A stretch of 64,000 nucleotides of DNA from Phyllobates terribilis (GCF_046119375.1 NW_027362769.1:361336001-361400000), one strand, 5' to 3'. Shown: positions 1 through 12,829, counted from the first letter of the stretch. Notes: generated by a model not told the origin, from the letters alone. Numbers and translations are program-made.

Positions 1-174
1 AAGGTCAGGTATAAGATACTTATTGTCTAAAAAGAACGCTTTTCGGCAGAATCCCCTTCATCAGATAAAAAGGCAGCAGTAGGAATTTTACACAAAACCC
101 ATCAGATCAACCCAATGGTACAACAAGGACAAATCAGAACATGGAGAAAACAGAAATACAGGTGAGTGTATTAC

Positions 175-303
175 CTGCCCATCAGAATCATAGCCCCAGG
201 CTTCATCTCCTGCTGGCAGAGAGGGTGCTCGCGTGTCCTGGTCTCTGCGTACCCCACTTAATACAAAGTGCCAGGCACGGCTGCTGCGTGGTCGACGAGC
301 CAT
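175..303 (-). CDS. SPSB3: SPRY domain SOCS-box protein 3, first coding exon (rest of the gene lies left of the window)
   Basis: Translates [43 protein letters not shown], matching the vertebrate SPSB3 N-terminus ([16 protein letters not shown]...WGYDSDGQ). Acceptor ttcttgcag ends at 319 (exon starts 318); donor CAG|GTAATA at 175/174. Head-to-head with NUBP2 as in human. Confidence 0.93.
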
Positions 304-1787
304 ATTACGCATTGATGACTGCAAGAATTAAAAAATACATTATAAATGTTAATATAGCAAAATTACACAATGATAGAATTATGCAAAAGTTTCAGCCCAA
401 TCCACTACTGTCGTCTGCGACTAAGGAGAAATTGACAGAATATTAGAGGGTTTTTCCTATCTGATAAAATGATAGCATATATTGGTGACATGCAATCACT
501 TTATGATGGGTCAGGGTCTGTCTTTTGGACCCCCACCAATCCTGAGAATGAAAGGTCTGCAGCTTTCCTGTAGAGTTACATCCCATTTTAATCCACTCCA
601 TTTTTCTTTCTGTATTTATTCCAGGAGTTATACATATACATACATTTTTTTTTCTCAGCCCACAAAGCCATGTCAGGGCTCGTATTCTGCGTGACGAGTT
701 GTAGTTTTGAATTACACCATTCACTTTACCATACAATGTACTGAAAAACGGCAAAACAAATGTCAGTGAAATGGTAAAAAAAAAAACACAGCAATTCAGC
801 TTATTTTTGTTTTGATTGAGTTGGATGTGCTTTAAAAATGTCCTGGGAACATGACTTTCTAGGTCATGATTATGGCAAAGCCATCTAGTGGCCAAACAGA
901 ACCTTGCAGATATTCACCTGCTGTAACCAATTAGTATTTGTGTACCCTGCTATTTAGATGAGGGGTGCACTAACTTTTTCTGGTCACATTGACTCACTCC
1001 TAATTCCAAATTTGCTTATGAGACATTGATGAATATCATAAGTATAATAGATTCAGGTCTCCCCCCTATCTGGAGAATGGGGGTCTCTGTCTGCCCCCAA
1101 TCAGCAGACAGTGTACACACGTGACTCCTTCCATTGAAGACGATGGGTGCTGTGGTAACAACCGAGCATTTCACAACCCCCATTACCTACAATAGAGGGC
1201 GACATACGTAGACGGTGGCCGATTAACCTAATTCAGGGGTGCTGGCCCTCTCTGGATATATGGGGGGCCCAGAGATGTCCCCTGCTCTGTAGCGGATGAG
1301 CTCTGATTCTTTGTTTATCCTTGAGATAAGCGGCATCAGCAGCACCGGCGCTCCTCATCTCAGGGAGAAGCACACAGAGGAAGCATTCTACTGGAGTCTG
1401 GTTTTCCACCATAGAAGATATAAGGAAAAAAAAAGGGGCAGCTGTGGATGTGTTTTTTTTTGGACTACAACCCCCTTTTGGAGAATCCGTGTAATGTACA
1501 CCAGCCCCCATGCCACAGATAGAAAACACATGTCCCTATGACACTACTCCTTGACTCCAAATCCCTATGACAACAACCTTTTCCACCTATGCTCAAACAG
1601 CTGCGACCAGATGGCCTCCCCCTCTCTACCTGCATCGCCCCTTACTATCACAGCTCCTAGGACTCCCCCCGAGCCCATGACGCTTAGTAACTACAGAGGC
1701 ACCCCTTCCTCACTCACCCGCACACCTACCTACCTTCCTGCCAGGAGCCACAGCCGCACAGACGTCAACAATAACCCCTGAACTCAC

Positions 1788-1850
1788 TGGGCCCCATCGA
1801 CGATCAGCAACCCCGTTGATTGGGCAGCCAACCACGTCAATCATTCAATA
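1788..1850 (-). other. SPSB3: Putative non-coding exon 1 of SPSB3 (start uncertain)
   Basis: Minus-strand donor-like CCA|GTGAGTT at 1788/1787, just outside the CCAAT-rich promoter. SPSB3 exon 2 has an acceptor upstream of its ATG, so a 5' UTR exon must exist. The position is an inference. Confidence 0.35.
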
Positions 1851-2160
1851 TTTTTCTATTATTGGCTGTTAACTCTGCCAATCAAGCTGAAGAGGCGGGA
1901 CAAGAACGCCGGTCCTTCATGCTGATTGGATGTCTCTTTTAAGCCCTTTTACAGCAAAAGACCGCCTCCTCTCTCTTTACTGTATTCAAAACACGTGATT
2001 ATAATCGCCGACCTGATTGGTTAAAATAGTTTCCGCCAATAGAATGCTGCGTTCTTCAACTCTTTAGTGGAATCAGCCAATGGTGTGATAATAAAATTGT
2101 GTACTTGTTGCTGATTGGAGGAGGATGATGCCAGTCTTGTTGTATCCGGAAGTGAGTGTC
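1810..2160. promoter_or_regulatory. SPSB3/NUBP2 bidirectional promoter
   Basis: Eight CCAAT/ATTGG boxes (1819, 1861, 1878, 1925, 2016, 2036, 2077, 2114), a GC box GAGGCGGG near 1892 and an ETS motif CCGGAAGT at 2146-2153, between divergent genes. Confidence 0.75.
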
Positions 2161-2164
2161 AAGC

Positions 2165-2180
2165 ATGGATCCTGCGCCTG
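2165..2180 (+). CDS. NUBP2: NUBP2 exon 1 (MDPAP+1 nt)
   Basis: ATGGATCCTGCGCCTG|gtgagc; 16 nt whose phase joins exon 2 in frame. Confidence 0.8.
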
Positions 2181-2370
2181 GTGAGCTCCTCTTGGTCTCG
2201 TCCCCATGTTATTGTGGCTTCTGTATGCTGTAGGTGGCGGCTGGTGTCAGCTCCTGGCTATGTGAGTCTCTCTGCCCATGCATTGTATAATCACCAGTGA
2301 GAGTACTTTAAACATTTTGGTCACTTTTTATTGCATTTTGGGGGAGGTGCAGCAATTGAAAAACACTTTA

Positions 2371-3055
2371 CAGTAACGTAGGTTGAATAAAGACCTCGGT
2401 CCATCAAGTTCAACCTTCCTCCCCCAATTGTATTTTTTGTCTAATTTAACAGTAGCCCACAATGTTATGTGTATCAAGGAAATCACCCAGCCCTTGTATA
2501 AAGCTGTTATAGTGTCGGCCATTACTACCTCTTGTGGTCGGCATTCCACAGTCCAACTGCTCTGACTGTAAAGAACCCTTTCTTGTTTAGGTGCCAGAAT
2601 CGCCTTTCTTCCACCCGTAATGAGTGCCCCCTGGTCCTTAGTATGGTCTTTGGAAGGAATAAGTCATGTGCTAGTCCTTTGTACTGACCACACATATTTA
2701 TACATGTAAATGAGATCTCCTTTGAGGCATTGTTTTTCTAAGCTAAACAAGTCCAACTTTTTCAACCTCTCATCATATGAGAGACCTTCCTTCCCTTGTA
2801 ATAATCTAGTTGCCGCCTTTGAACTGACTCTAACTTCTGAATATCCTTTTTAAAATGTGGAGCCCATAACTGGATCCCATATTCCAGATGTGGCCTCACC
2901 AGTGATTTATAAAGAGGTAACAATATGTTGGGATTGTGGGATTTCTCTTTTTATACATCCTAAAATCTTGTTTGCTTTTGCGGCTGCTGCTTGACATTGA
3001 GTGCTGCTGCTCAGCTTACTTGTAACCAGAATACCGAAGTCCTTCTCCTGTTCCT
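2371..3055 (-). mobile_element. CR1-type LINE 3' fragment, degenerate
   Basis: Reverse-strand sequence resembling the CR1 RT C-terminus and 3' end (gcattccacagtccaactgctctgactgtaaagaa; tattccagatgtggcctcacc; gctgctgcttgacattg), similar to the younger CR1 at 13237-14597. Confidence 0.7.
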
Positions 3056-3331
3056 TAACTTTCTATTTTGATAGATCTGACATCTACAGGCGCAGTGATA
3101 TCAAACATGCATTTTTTTTAAAATTCTGTTTATTTTTGGATAGTGACAAAGTGGGTGATTAAAATTTTTATGCATTTTTTTACTGCAATATTAATTTATT
3201 TTTCTTTCTAACTTTGAAAGTCGGATGTGTGACCCTGGCCTTACCAAAATAGAAGCTGTGTACGGTAAATTGTAAGGGGGGAAAAAATGTTCTCGGACCT
3301 GTCAGTGTCATTGGAGGGATTTTAAGAGTTA

Positions 3332-3489
3332 AGCCATGTTCACATGTTCAGTATTTGGTCAATATTTTACATCAGCATTTGTAAGCCAAAACCAAGAGTG
3401 GAAAAATATAATAGAAAATGTCACCTCTTCTGCATTTCTCACCCACTCCTGATGTTGGCTTACAAATACTGAAGGTGTGAACTTGGCCT
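3332..3489. mobile_element. Short MITE with terminal inverted repeats (Harbinger-like)
   Basis: Ends aagccatgttcaca ... tgtgaacttggcct are inverted; flanked by TA/TAA. Confidence 0.5.
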
Positions 3490-3619
3490 AACTACTTTTT
3501 TTTTATTTTTTTTTAATAGTTTATTTTTTTATTTTGAGTAAATTTAAGATTTTAATATCAGACTTTGAAGGATGATTATCTTGAAACTCTAATGTGTTTG
3601 TCTACATGTCTCCTTGCAG

Positions 3620-3738
3620 ATGGCAGTAATCTTGCTGGTGTGCGACATATTATCCTGGTATTGTCGGGAAAAGGAGGTGTTGGCAAAAGTACGATCTCCG
3701 CTCAGATTGCATTGGCATTGCGCCATGCTGGGAAGAAG
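3620..3738 (+). CDS. NUBP2: NUBP2 exon 2 (P-loop [10 protein letters not shown])
   Basis: ttgcag|AT...AAG|gtgaat; encodes [40 protein letters not shown], the deviant Walker A of Mrp/Nbp35 ATPases. Confidence 0.97.
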
Positions 3739-3851
3739 GTGAATGTTGTTTAGTAACGTCTGCAGTTTTTATACTTGGAAGTTGGCTGGTACCGAATTCA
3801 GTGCGGCTTTCCGCCTCGTCTGGTAGACATGAGTACTCTTGTGTATCATTA

Positions 3852-4025
3852 TTTCTCTTATCTCTTCAATGGGGGACACAGGAAACCATGGGTGGTGTAT
3901 TCTGCTGCCACTAAGAGGTTGACACCATGCAAAAAAAAAATGTAGCTCTTCCCAGCAGTATATACCCACCAACTGGCACAAAGCTAATTAGTTTTAGCTT
4001 AGTGTGAGTAGGAGGTGGACACCGG
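3852..4025 (+). mobile_element. DIRS1-like terminal repeat fragment
   Basis: tttctcttatctcttcaatgggggacacaggaaaccatggg...gctgccactaagaggttgacac resembles the 5' termini of amphibian DIRS elements; no ORFs follow. Confidence 0.55.
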
Positions 4026-4179
4026 GCTGCATTCAGCCCCGTTTCTACATTTTAGGTTTTGTTGTTTTTTATTAATGTTTTCATTTTTTTCAGATACAGC
4101 TAAGTGCCCAATTACCATTTAATATTGTCCTGAGTCGCCCCCTGTACAGCTTCCCTCACACAGTTTAATGCTCTCCTAT

Positions 4180-5100
4180 GCACAGTATAATGCCCCCACA
4201 CTGTACAAAGGCCCATCATTAGCTTTCACACTGTATAATGGCCCCCTAAATAAACTCCATATAGTATAATGCACTACCCATAGTCCCCCATACAGTGTAA
4301 TGCGCTCCATACAGTATAATGCACTCCCCATAGTCCTCCACACAGTATAATGTACTCCCCATAGTATTCCACACAGTATAATGCACTCCCCATAGACCTC
4401 TACACAGTATAATGCACTGCCTTAGACCTCTACACAGTATAATGCACTCCCCATAGACCTCTACACAGTATAATGCACTCCCCATAGACCTTTATACAGT
4501 ATAATGCACTCCCCATAGACCTCTACACAGTATAATGCACTCCCCATAGACCTCTACACAGTATAATGCACTCACCATAGACCTCTACACAGTATAATGC
4601 ACTCCCCATAGACCTCTACACAGTATAATGCACTTCTCACAGGCCTCCATATAGTATAATTTATTCCTCACAGGCCTCCATATAATGTAATGCACTCCCC
4701 ATAGGCCTCCATATAGTATAATGCACTCCCCATAGGCCTCCATATAGTATAATGCACTGCCCATAGTCCTGCATACAGTATAATGCACCCCCATAGTCCT
4801 GCATACAGTATAATACAATCAACATAGGCCCCCATATAGTATGATGCACTCCCCACAGGCCTCCATATAGTATGATGCACTCCCCACAGGCCTCCATATA
4901 GTATGATGCACTCCCCACAGGCCTCCATATAGTATGATGCACTCCCCACAGGCCTCCATATAGTATAATGCACTCCCCATAGGCCTCCACACAGTATAAT
5001 GCACTCCCCATAGTCCTCCACACAGTATAATGCACGCCCCACAGTCCCCCATGTAGTATAATGCACTCCCCATAGGTCTCCATAATATATAATGCACTCA
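4180..5100. repeat. Minisatellite, about 29-30 bp unit (cacagtataatgcactccccatagacctcta)
   Basis: Directly visible tandem array in NUBP2 intron 2; it explains the repetitive ORFs at 4246-5224. Confidence 0.92.
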
Positions 5101-5384
5101 CAAGAAAAAAAAAAAAAGTACAATACTCACCTCTCTTCCTCCTTCCCCTGCTGCTCCGGTCTCTGCAGCAAATGTTCTGTCGCCCGCACATCTCAGAGTA
5201 GCGGACACCATGTAGTGACGTCATTGCACCCGCTGTGCTGAGACGTCAGACGCAGAGGAGGAATGATGGGAGAGGGAGTGTTAGCTGACGCCCCCTCTCT
5301 TGGCATTGCATTGAACTGTATCGCATCCAAGAGTTTGTCCTTACACTGTGATCTAATATGGCTGATGTATGGGTTTATTTGTAG

Positions 5385-5583
5385 GTTGGCATACTGGATG
5401 TAGATCTGTGTGGGCCCAGTATACCCCGCATGCTGAATGCTGATGGTCAGGACGTCCATCAGTGTGATAGTGGCTGGGTACCGGTGTACGTGGACCAGGA
5501 GAAGAGTATATCACTCATGTCTATTGCTTTTCTGTTGGAGCGCCCTGACGATGCTATAGTGTGGAGGGGACCTAAGAAGAACG
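5385..5583 (+). CDS. NUBP2: NUBP2 exon 3
   Basis: gtag|GTT...AACG|gtatgg; [66 protein letters not shown]. Confidence 0.97.
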
Positions 5584-7240
5584 GTATGGAGGTTCCTATA
5601 CATCCTAAGATAATTACGCTAGATAACACTGTATAGATAAATCTGTTCTCTCATTAGTATGCGCAGCAGGAGATCATACATGCATAGACCTAAGGCTGCA
5701 CCCTGGACGGAAAGACAATGGATTTTACCTACATGTTTGGGCACTTTAAAATTTGTAGGTGATAAGATTATCTGCCTGGAAATGGACCCTTCATATCCAT
5801 TCCTGTTACAGATTTTCACCACTGACAATGCTGAATGAAATTTGTGTTAAATCCACAGCAAAAATTCACATGTAATCCGCAACGGATGTGTCATCAAAAC
5901 ATGCAACATAGGGACTTGCTCATATAGTATACTTTTGACTTACCTTAGTCACCTGTTAAATCCCCCACTGTTTCAAGTCTGACCCTCCAGTGGTCTCCAA
6001 TGGTTCTGCAGTGAAGATTTGGTGACTACATTTAAGTGATTGGCTGCAGTGTTCAAGGGAATGTTGTTCGTGATGTCATTCTTGCTATTTCAGCACTGCT
6101 GCTCTGCTTGTCTGTGCTATTATTGCAGAGTATTAAAGCGGTAATTAAGTGTATATTCAGAGTTTTGCTGAGGATTTTTCTTGCAGAAAATCTGCCTCAA
6201 GAACCCCTAGTAGTTTTTGGTTCGTTTTGTATGTTCTTTTTGACACTTTTTTGGGGGAGGTTTTTCCTTGCTTCTAAGGGTATGTGCACACAGAGTTATT
6301 TTGCCAAGTTTTTTGTGCAAAAGCTCCCAACTTTTTTTTGAAAATTTTTTAATTTTCTTCTACAAAAGCTCAGCAAAAAGACTCCAGGCCTGATTTATCA
6401 AACCTTTCATGTCAGAATTTTTTGCGTAAAAGCTTTGAAAAGTTACAAAATTTAATCTTGTTGTTGCACCTACATTTTGCCTTTTCGCGCCAGTTTCTCC
6501 CTGCTCTGTCAAAATGGGCAGAACCGGGGCAGGACTCAGCGCATCGCATGTGTGACACCACGGCTCATCTAATTCATGACGATCTGTGGCTGTCCATATG
6601 CCAAAAATCTCACTCCAGTCCCAGTCTCAATCCAGTGAGATTTCTGGTGAAGCCACGGATACGCACGCCACACGTCACACTCCAGATTCATTAATAGGCG
6701 TGTACCTCTTCATCAATCAGAAGTGTCTTACTCAAGCAGATCCCCCCCCCCCCTTCGAAATTAATAAATTATTCAAAGAGTCTGAAAGGTATTTTTACTA
6801 TAGATTTTAGAGCGTAATCTGCTCAAAAATCCACTTGGAAAAAAAGCTTTTGTGTTTTATAACATTTTCATGCTCTTGGAAAACTTTCATACAATCCAGA
6901 ATTAAGGGTCGGATAATATTAAACCCTTCACCCCCGGACATTTTCCATTTTTGCTTTTTCGTTTTCTGCTCCCTGTCTTCCCAGAACCATGTATTTTTTA
7001 TTTTTCTGTCAATCTGGCCAGTTTTTTTGCAGGACAAATTGAACTTTTGAATGACACCTTTGATTTTTACCATATAATGTACTGGTAAACTGCAAAAAAT
7101 TCAAAGTGCAGTGAAATTGCAAAAAATTGTGCAATTCCACAATTGTTTTTTATTTACCATGTTCACTAATTGCTGCAACTGCCTTGACATTATGATTCTC
7201 CTGGTCATTACGAGTTCTTAGATACCAACCATTTATTTAA

Positions 7241-7628
7241 AGAGGTTGTCCACTACTTCAGACATTGATGGTCTCTCCTACAGATAGGTCATCCATGTTA
7301 ATCGGCCGGGGTGAGACTCCCACCGATCAGCTGTTATCAGAGCCGGCGGTCACCGCCGGCCCGAAGTACTTGCTTGCTAAGCTGGCTTTCTACTTGTAGT
7401 GGCCGCTGCGGGGTGCTGCACATCCGCCGTCTACTCAAATCAATAGGAGGCGGATGTGTAGTACCCCGCGGCCACCACTACAAGTAGACGGCCAGCTCCG
7501 CAAGTAAGTACTTCCGGCACCGATAGCAGCTGATTAGCGGGGGTGCCAAGTGTCAGGCCCTGGACGATCAAATATTGATTAGCTATACTATAGATAGGTC
7601 ATCAATGTTAAAGTAGTGGACAGCCTCT
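7241..7628. mobile_element. Kolobok/T2-type MITE
   Basis: TTAA|agaggttgtccactact ... agtagtggacagcctct|TTAA: TIRs, TTAA duplication and internal palindromic symmetry. Confidence 0.85.
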
Positions 7629-7945
7629 TTAAGTGGTGAAAAATAAATTCCAAAATTTGGAAAAGAAAAAATAAAATTGTCATTTTCCGAGACCCGTAAC
7701 GTCTCCATTTTTCTCAATCTGCTCGCCGAGCTGACGTTTTTATTGACAACATTTTAGGATAGATGGAATGTTTTGATCGCCCGTTACTACATTTAATTGC
7801 AATGTTGCAGCGTCCCCAAAAATAACGTAATTCTGGCATTTTTGATTTTTTTTCTCGTTACTCCGCTTACCGATAGGATTAACTCTTTTTATATATTGAT
7901 AGATTGGGCGATTCTGAACACGGCGATACCAAATATGTGTATATA

Positions 7946-9518
7946 CACTGCTCAAAAAAATAAAGGGAACACTTAAACAACAGAATATAACTCCAAGTAA
8001 ATGAAACTTCTGTGAAATCAAACTGTCCACTTAGTAGGAAGCAACACTGATTGACAATTAATTTCACCTGCTGTTGTGCAAATGGAATAGACAATAGATG
8101 GAGATTATTGGCAATTATCAAGACACTCTCAATAAAGGAATGGTTCTGCAGGTGGAGACCACCGACCACATCTCAGTACCAATGCTTTCTGGCTGATGTT
8201 TTGGTCACTTTTGAATGTTGGTTGTGCTTTCACACTTGTGGTAGCATGAGAAGGACTCTACAACCCACAGAAGTTGCTCAGGTAGTGCAGCTCATCCAGG
8301 ATGGCACATCAATGCGAGCTGTGGCAAGAAGTTTTGCTGTGTCTGTCAGCGTAGTGTCCAGAGGCTGGAGGCGTTACCAGGAGACCGGCCAGTACACCAG
8401 GAGACGTGGAGGGGGCCGTAGGAGGGCAACAACCCAGCAGCAGGACCGCTACCTCCGCCTTTGTGCAAGGAGGAACAGGAGAAGCACTGCCAGAGCCCTG
8501 CAAAATGACCTCCAGCAGGTCACAAATCTGCATGTGTCTGCACAAACGGTTAGAACCGACTCAATGAGGGTGGTATGAGGGCCCTTTATCCACAGATTGG
8601 GGTTGTGCTCACAGCCCAACACCATGCAGGACGCTTGGCATTTGCCACAGAGCACCAGGATTTGCAAAATCGCCACTGGCGCCCTGTGCTCTTCACAGAT
8701 GAAAGCAGGTTCACACTTAGCACATGTGACAGAGTCTGGAGACACCGTGGAGAGCGATCTGCTGCCTGCAACATCCTTCAGCATGACTGGTTTGGCAGTG
8801 GGTCAGTAATGGTGTGGGGTGGCATTTCTTTGGAGGGCCGCACAGCCCTCCATGTACTCGCCAGAGGTAACCTGACTGCCATTAGGTACCGAGAAGAGAT
8901 CCTCAGACCCCTTGTGAGACCATATGCTGGTGCGGTTTGCCCTGGGTTCCTCCTAATGCAGGACAATGCCAGACCTCATGTGTCTGGAGTGTGTCAGCAG
9001 TTCCTGCAAGATGAAGGCATTGAAGCTATGGACTGGCCCGCCCGTTCCCCAGACCTGAATCCGATTGAGCACATCTGGGACATCATGTCTCGCTCCATCC
9101 ACCATCGTCACGTTGCACCACAGACTGTCCAGGAGTTGGCAGATGCTTTAGTCCAGGTCTGGAGGAGATCCCACAGGAGACCATCCGCAACCTCATCAGG
9201 AGCATGCCCAGACGTTGTAGGGAGGTCCTACAGGCATGTGGAGGCCACACACAATTCTGAGCCTCATTTTGACTTGTTTTAAGGACATTAATTCAAAGTT
9301 GGATCAGCCTGTAGTGTGTTTTTCCACTTTAATTTTGGGGGTGACTCCAAATCCAGGCCTCCATTGGTTAATGAATTTGATTTCCATTGATGATTTATGT
9401 GTGATTTTGTTGTCAGCACTTTTATTTTTGTACAGAAGAAAGTATTCAATGAGAATATTTCATTCATTCAGATCTAGGATGTGTTATTTGAGTGTTCCCT
9501 TTATTCTTTTGAGCAGTG
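7946..9518 (+). mobile_element. Tc1-like DNA transposon, full length
   Basis: About 28-bp TIRs (cactgctcaaaa..aataaagggaacact), TA at the left end, internal transposase. Confidence 0.93.
8246..9282 (+). pseudogene. Tc1 transposase, frameshifted
   Basis: HTH region ([17 protein letters not shown]), VLFTDESRF, MQDNARPH and WPARSPDLNPIEHIW motifs, split over ORFs 8051-8578 and 8575-9282. Confidence 0.9.
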
Positions 9519-9522
9519 TGTA

Positions 9523-11254
9523 TCTACTATATAATTGTCTTATCCCGTCCGTCTGTCTGTCTGTCCAGGAAATCCCGCGTCGCTCATTGGTCCGGCAGCG
9601 GCCAATCAGCGCCGCGGGATTTCATAAAAAAGATGGCGGCCGTTAGCGGCTCATCTGCGGGATGGAGCTCAGCGGCGTTGCAGCCGGGAGATGAGCGCCG
9701 CGAGGCGCTCATGTCCCGGCCGGCAGCAGCGGAAGGACCGCCGGCGTCGCTGACATCCATGCGGAAGGGAGGACCGGGGAGCGGCGCTGTGGCTCGGGAT
9801 ACTTCTGCTGCGAGCGCCCGCTCATGTCCCGGGTTCTCGCAGCGGAAGTAGCCGCACAGGCAGCGCCGCTCCCCGGTCCTCACAAAGACGATTCGATGAT
9901 TGGTCGGGTCCGAAGACCGCGACCAATCACTGATCTTACCGCAAAAGTTAAACACCGCTGTGCTGATTGGTCGCAGACGCTGCCCACGACCAATCACAGA
10001 TTTGTGCATCACATTTAAATAGCGGCCGCGACCAATTGGATGTCAGCGCCGCTCCCCGGTCCTCCCTTCACACCCTTGCCGCATGGATGTCAGCGGCGCT
10101 GCCTGTGCGGATACTTCCACTGCGAGAAGCCGGGAGATGAGCGACTGCTCGCAGCAGAAGTATCCCGACCCGCAGCGCCGCTCCCCGGTCCTCCCTTCAC
10201 TCCCTAGCCGCTGATGTCCCCACAGTATCCGCATGGTGTTACAAAGATCCGGACATTTGTGTTAAAAATCGCTGAATGGTCGCTGGCGCTGCCCGCGACC
10301 AATCACCGATTTGGGCGCCAAATTTAAATATCGGCCGCGACCAATCACCGATTTTGGCTCCACATTTAATCACCGCTGTACTGATTGGTCGCGGACGCTA
10401 TTTAAATGTGGCTCCAAAATCGGTGATTGGTCGCGCCCAGCGTCGGCGACCAATCAGCACAGCGGTGTTTAAATGTGGAGCCAAGATCGGTGATTGGTCG
10501 CGGCAGATATTTAAATTTGGCGCCCAAATCAGTGATTGGTCGCGGGCAGCACCAGCGACCAATCAGCGATTTTTAACACAAATGTCCAGACCTTTGTAAC
10601 ACCATGCGGATACTGTGGGGGAGATCAGCGGCTAGGGTATGAAGGGAGGACCGGGGAGCGGCGCTGCGGGTCGGGATACTTCTGCTGCGAGCAGTCGCTC
10701 ATGTCCCGGGTTCTCGCTGCGGAAGTAGCCGCACAGGCAGCGGCGCTCCCCGGTCCTCACTAATACGATTCCGCTCCTCACCAATACGATTCGCTGATTG
10801 GTCGCGTGCGGAGAGCGCGACCAATCAGTGATCTTGACGCTAAAGTTAAACACCGCTCTGCTGATTGGTCGCGGCCGCTGCCCGCGACCAATCACCGATT
10901 TGGGCGCCACATTTAAATAGCGGCCGCGACCAATCACCGATCTTGCCGCCACATTTAAACACTGCTGTGCTAATTGGTCGCGGACGCCAGCCGCGACCAA
11001 TCAGCAGTATTGGCGCAAAATGTAAACACCTCTTTGCTGATTGGTCGCGGTCGCAACTAATCAGCGATTTTGGTGCCAAATTTAAACACGCTCTCCATTC
11101 CTCACTAACACGGTTCGCTGATTGGTCGCGGCCGCAGCCCGCGACCAATCAGCGATTTGGGCGCCAAATTTAATCACCATTCTGCTAATTGCGCCCCGTC
11201 GGCCGCATACCTATTCTAGAATACCCGATGCGTTCGAATCGGGCCACCATGTAG
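9523..11254 (+). mobile_element. Non-autonomous Helitron with internal CCAAT-rich repeats
   Basis: A|TCTACTATATAATTG 5' end; 3' hairpin cccgat-gcgttcga-atcggg followed by ccaccat GTAG|T (CTAG variant); inserted between A and T. Confidence 0.8.
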
Positions 11255-11749
11255 TATAAAATAAATATATTTCTTGTACTACACACACCAGACTTCAGAC
11301 CTGTTATATGTAGCAAAAATGCTTATCTGCTCATAGCAGATCGGCATTGACAACCACAGGGGTCTCCTGCAGACCCCCGGGTTGTCATTCCAACCCATCG
11401 GCGTCCCGCGTTCATGTGATAGGATTGGTGATGGGCGGAGCTAGTGAACCGCTTCCGGCGCAGGCATGTTAAATGCCGCTCTCAGAGATTGACAGTGGCA
11501 TTTAACATGTTGGCAGCCGTGGGTGGATTGCAGCATATTTTTCGAGCACGTCGAAGATACTCTGGTAGCACAGGAGCGTGCTCACATAAACCCTTATCCG
11601 AGCTTGTTCGCTCAACACTACTGCCAAGGTCTGATCTAGTTGTCAACGATAGGTAATTCAGTCTTAGTCTGTACCATATGCTGCATGTCTTGCATCAAAT
11701 AGCAATCTCACAATGATATAAAGGGCCCTTGTCTCTATTTATTGTCTAG

Positions 11750-11904
11750 CACTGATAAAACAGTTTGTGGGTGATGTGGCCTGGGGAGATTTGGATTTTC
11801 TTATTATCGACACTCCACCGGGAACCTCCGATGAGCACATCTCCACTGTGGACGCACTAAGGCCTTTTAACCCAATGGGAGCTGTATTGGTTACCACTCC
11901 TCAG
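11750..11904 (+). CDS. NUBP2: NUBP2 exon 4
   Basis: tctag|CA...CAG|gtactt; [52 protein letters not shown]. Confidence 0.97.
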
Positions 11905-12498
11905 GTACTTTCTCCTTTTTTATGACCTGCGCTAGCGCTTTTTCCACCCTAGTGCAAAAATACAGAAAGCGCCACTCACAAAAAAACGGTCCCTGTATCC
12001 ACAATCAGCAGCAGCTGATGGGCTGCAGCGCTCACGTTACCTAAATAATCAGCAGTCTCAGGAGGCATGCAGCGCTCGTATGATGTAAACCATGTCCTAA
12101 TATCGCCGGTGGGACACTGTGCTCGTAGTAAAGAAGTGGTGCATCTCCAGGGTTTAACTATTATTTATTTTACTAGGCATATTAGGGATATTGAATAGGG
12201 GTTGTTCACTGGTTAAAATCTACCTTATGGGGTAGCTACCTATAGGTGGTACTATAGTAAGTTTACTTGGTTTCTGGTTAAAATATAATTTGCTTGTATT
12301 ATAGGATGATATCACTGTTATTAGTAGGTCTCATAAGTATGCATCTGTTTTCAGGAAAGCTGGGTGATATAAAAGTGCTTGCCACTGTAGCTCCTTCCAA
12401 CCTTCTTGAGTTGTGCATAGATTCCTAATTATCCAATGATGGCTGCTCCATTTTGTATTCTCTGTTAGGGTTTTCTCCTGACATACGTGTTGTTTCAG

Positions 12499-12609
12499 GC
12501 AGTATCTATTGGAGATGTGAGACGTGAACTGACGTTTTGCAAGAAGATGGCGCTTCCGGTGGTTGGGATCGTGGAGAACATGAGCGGATTTGTTTGTCCC
12601 CACTGTACG
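12499..12609 (+). CDS. NUBP2: NUBP2 exon 5 (CPHC Fe-S ligand motif)
   Basis: ttcag|GCA...ACG|gtgagc; [37 protein letters not shown]. Confidence 0.97.
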
Positions 12610-12829
12610 GTGAGCTGAAGAGCGAGTATAAGGGGATGAATGTGCCTTGCCTCTCCTCTGTATGGCTGGATGTGGTGGCCACCGCATTAAGCAGATGGTT
12701 TGGGGACTCCTGATCAGCACATAGTAACTGGTGGCCAGACATTTCTACCATATTCTGTAATTATGTTATAACTGATAGAGCTTTGCTGCAGTAACTGTTC
12801 TCATACATGGTGTTTCTGTCTCACGCTAG

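Larger units (their letters stand above)
6923..11534. mobile_element. TTAA-targeting piggyBac-like non-autonomous element (right end not found), host of a MITE, a Tc1 and a Helitron
   Basis: Starts TTAA|acccttcacccccgg; internal sequence resembles the element at 15806-21750 read in the opposite orientation. Confidence 0.6.

Noticed and set aside
440-1230. MITE-like fragments upstream of the promoter and at 5690-6800
   Set aside because: Too degenerate to define termini or family with confidence.
4246-5224. Tyr/Cys/Gly-rich ORFs on the minus strand
   Set aside because: Minisatellite translations within NUBP2 intron 2.
9236-11173. Cluster of 60-142-aa ORFs
   Set aside because: GC-rich Helitron repeats; no RepHel motifs or recognisable domains.
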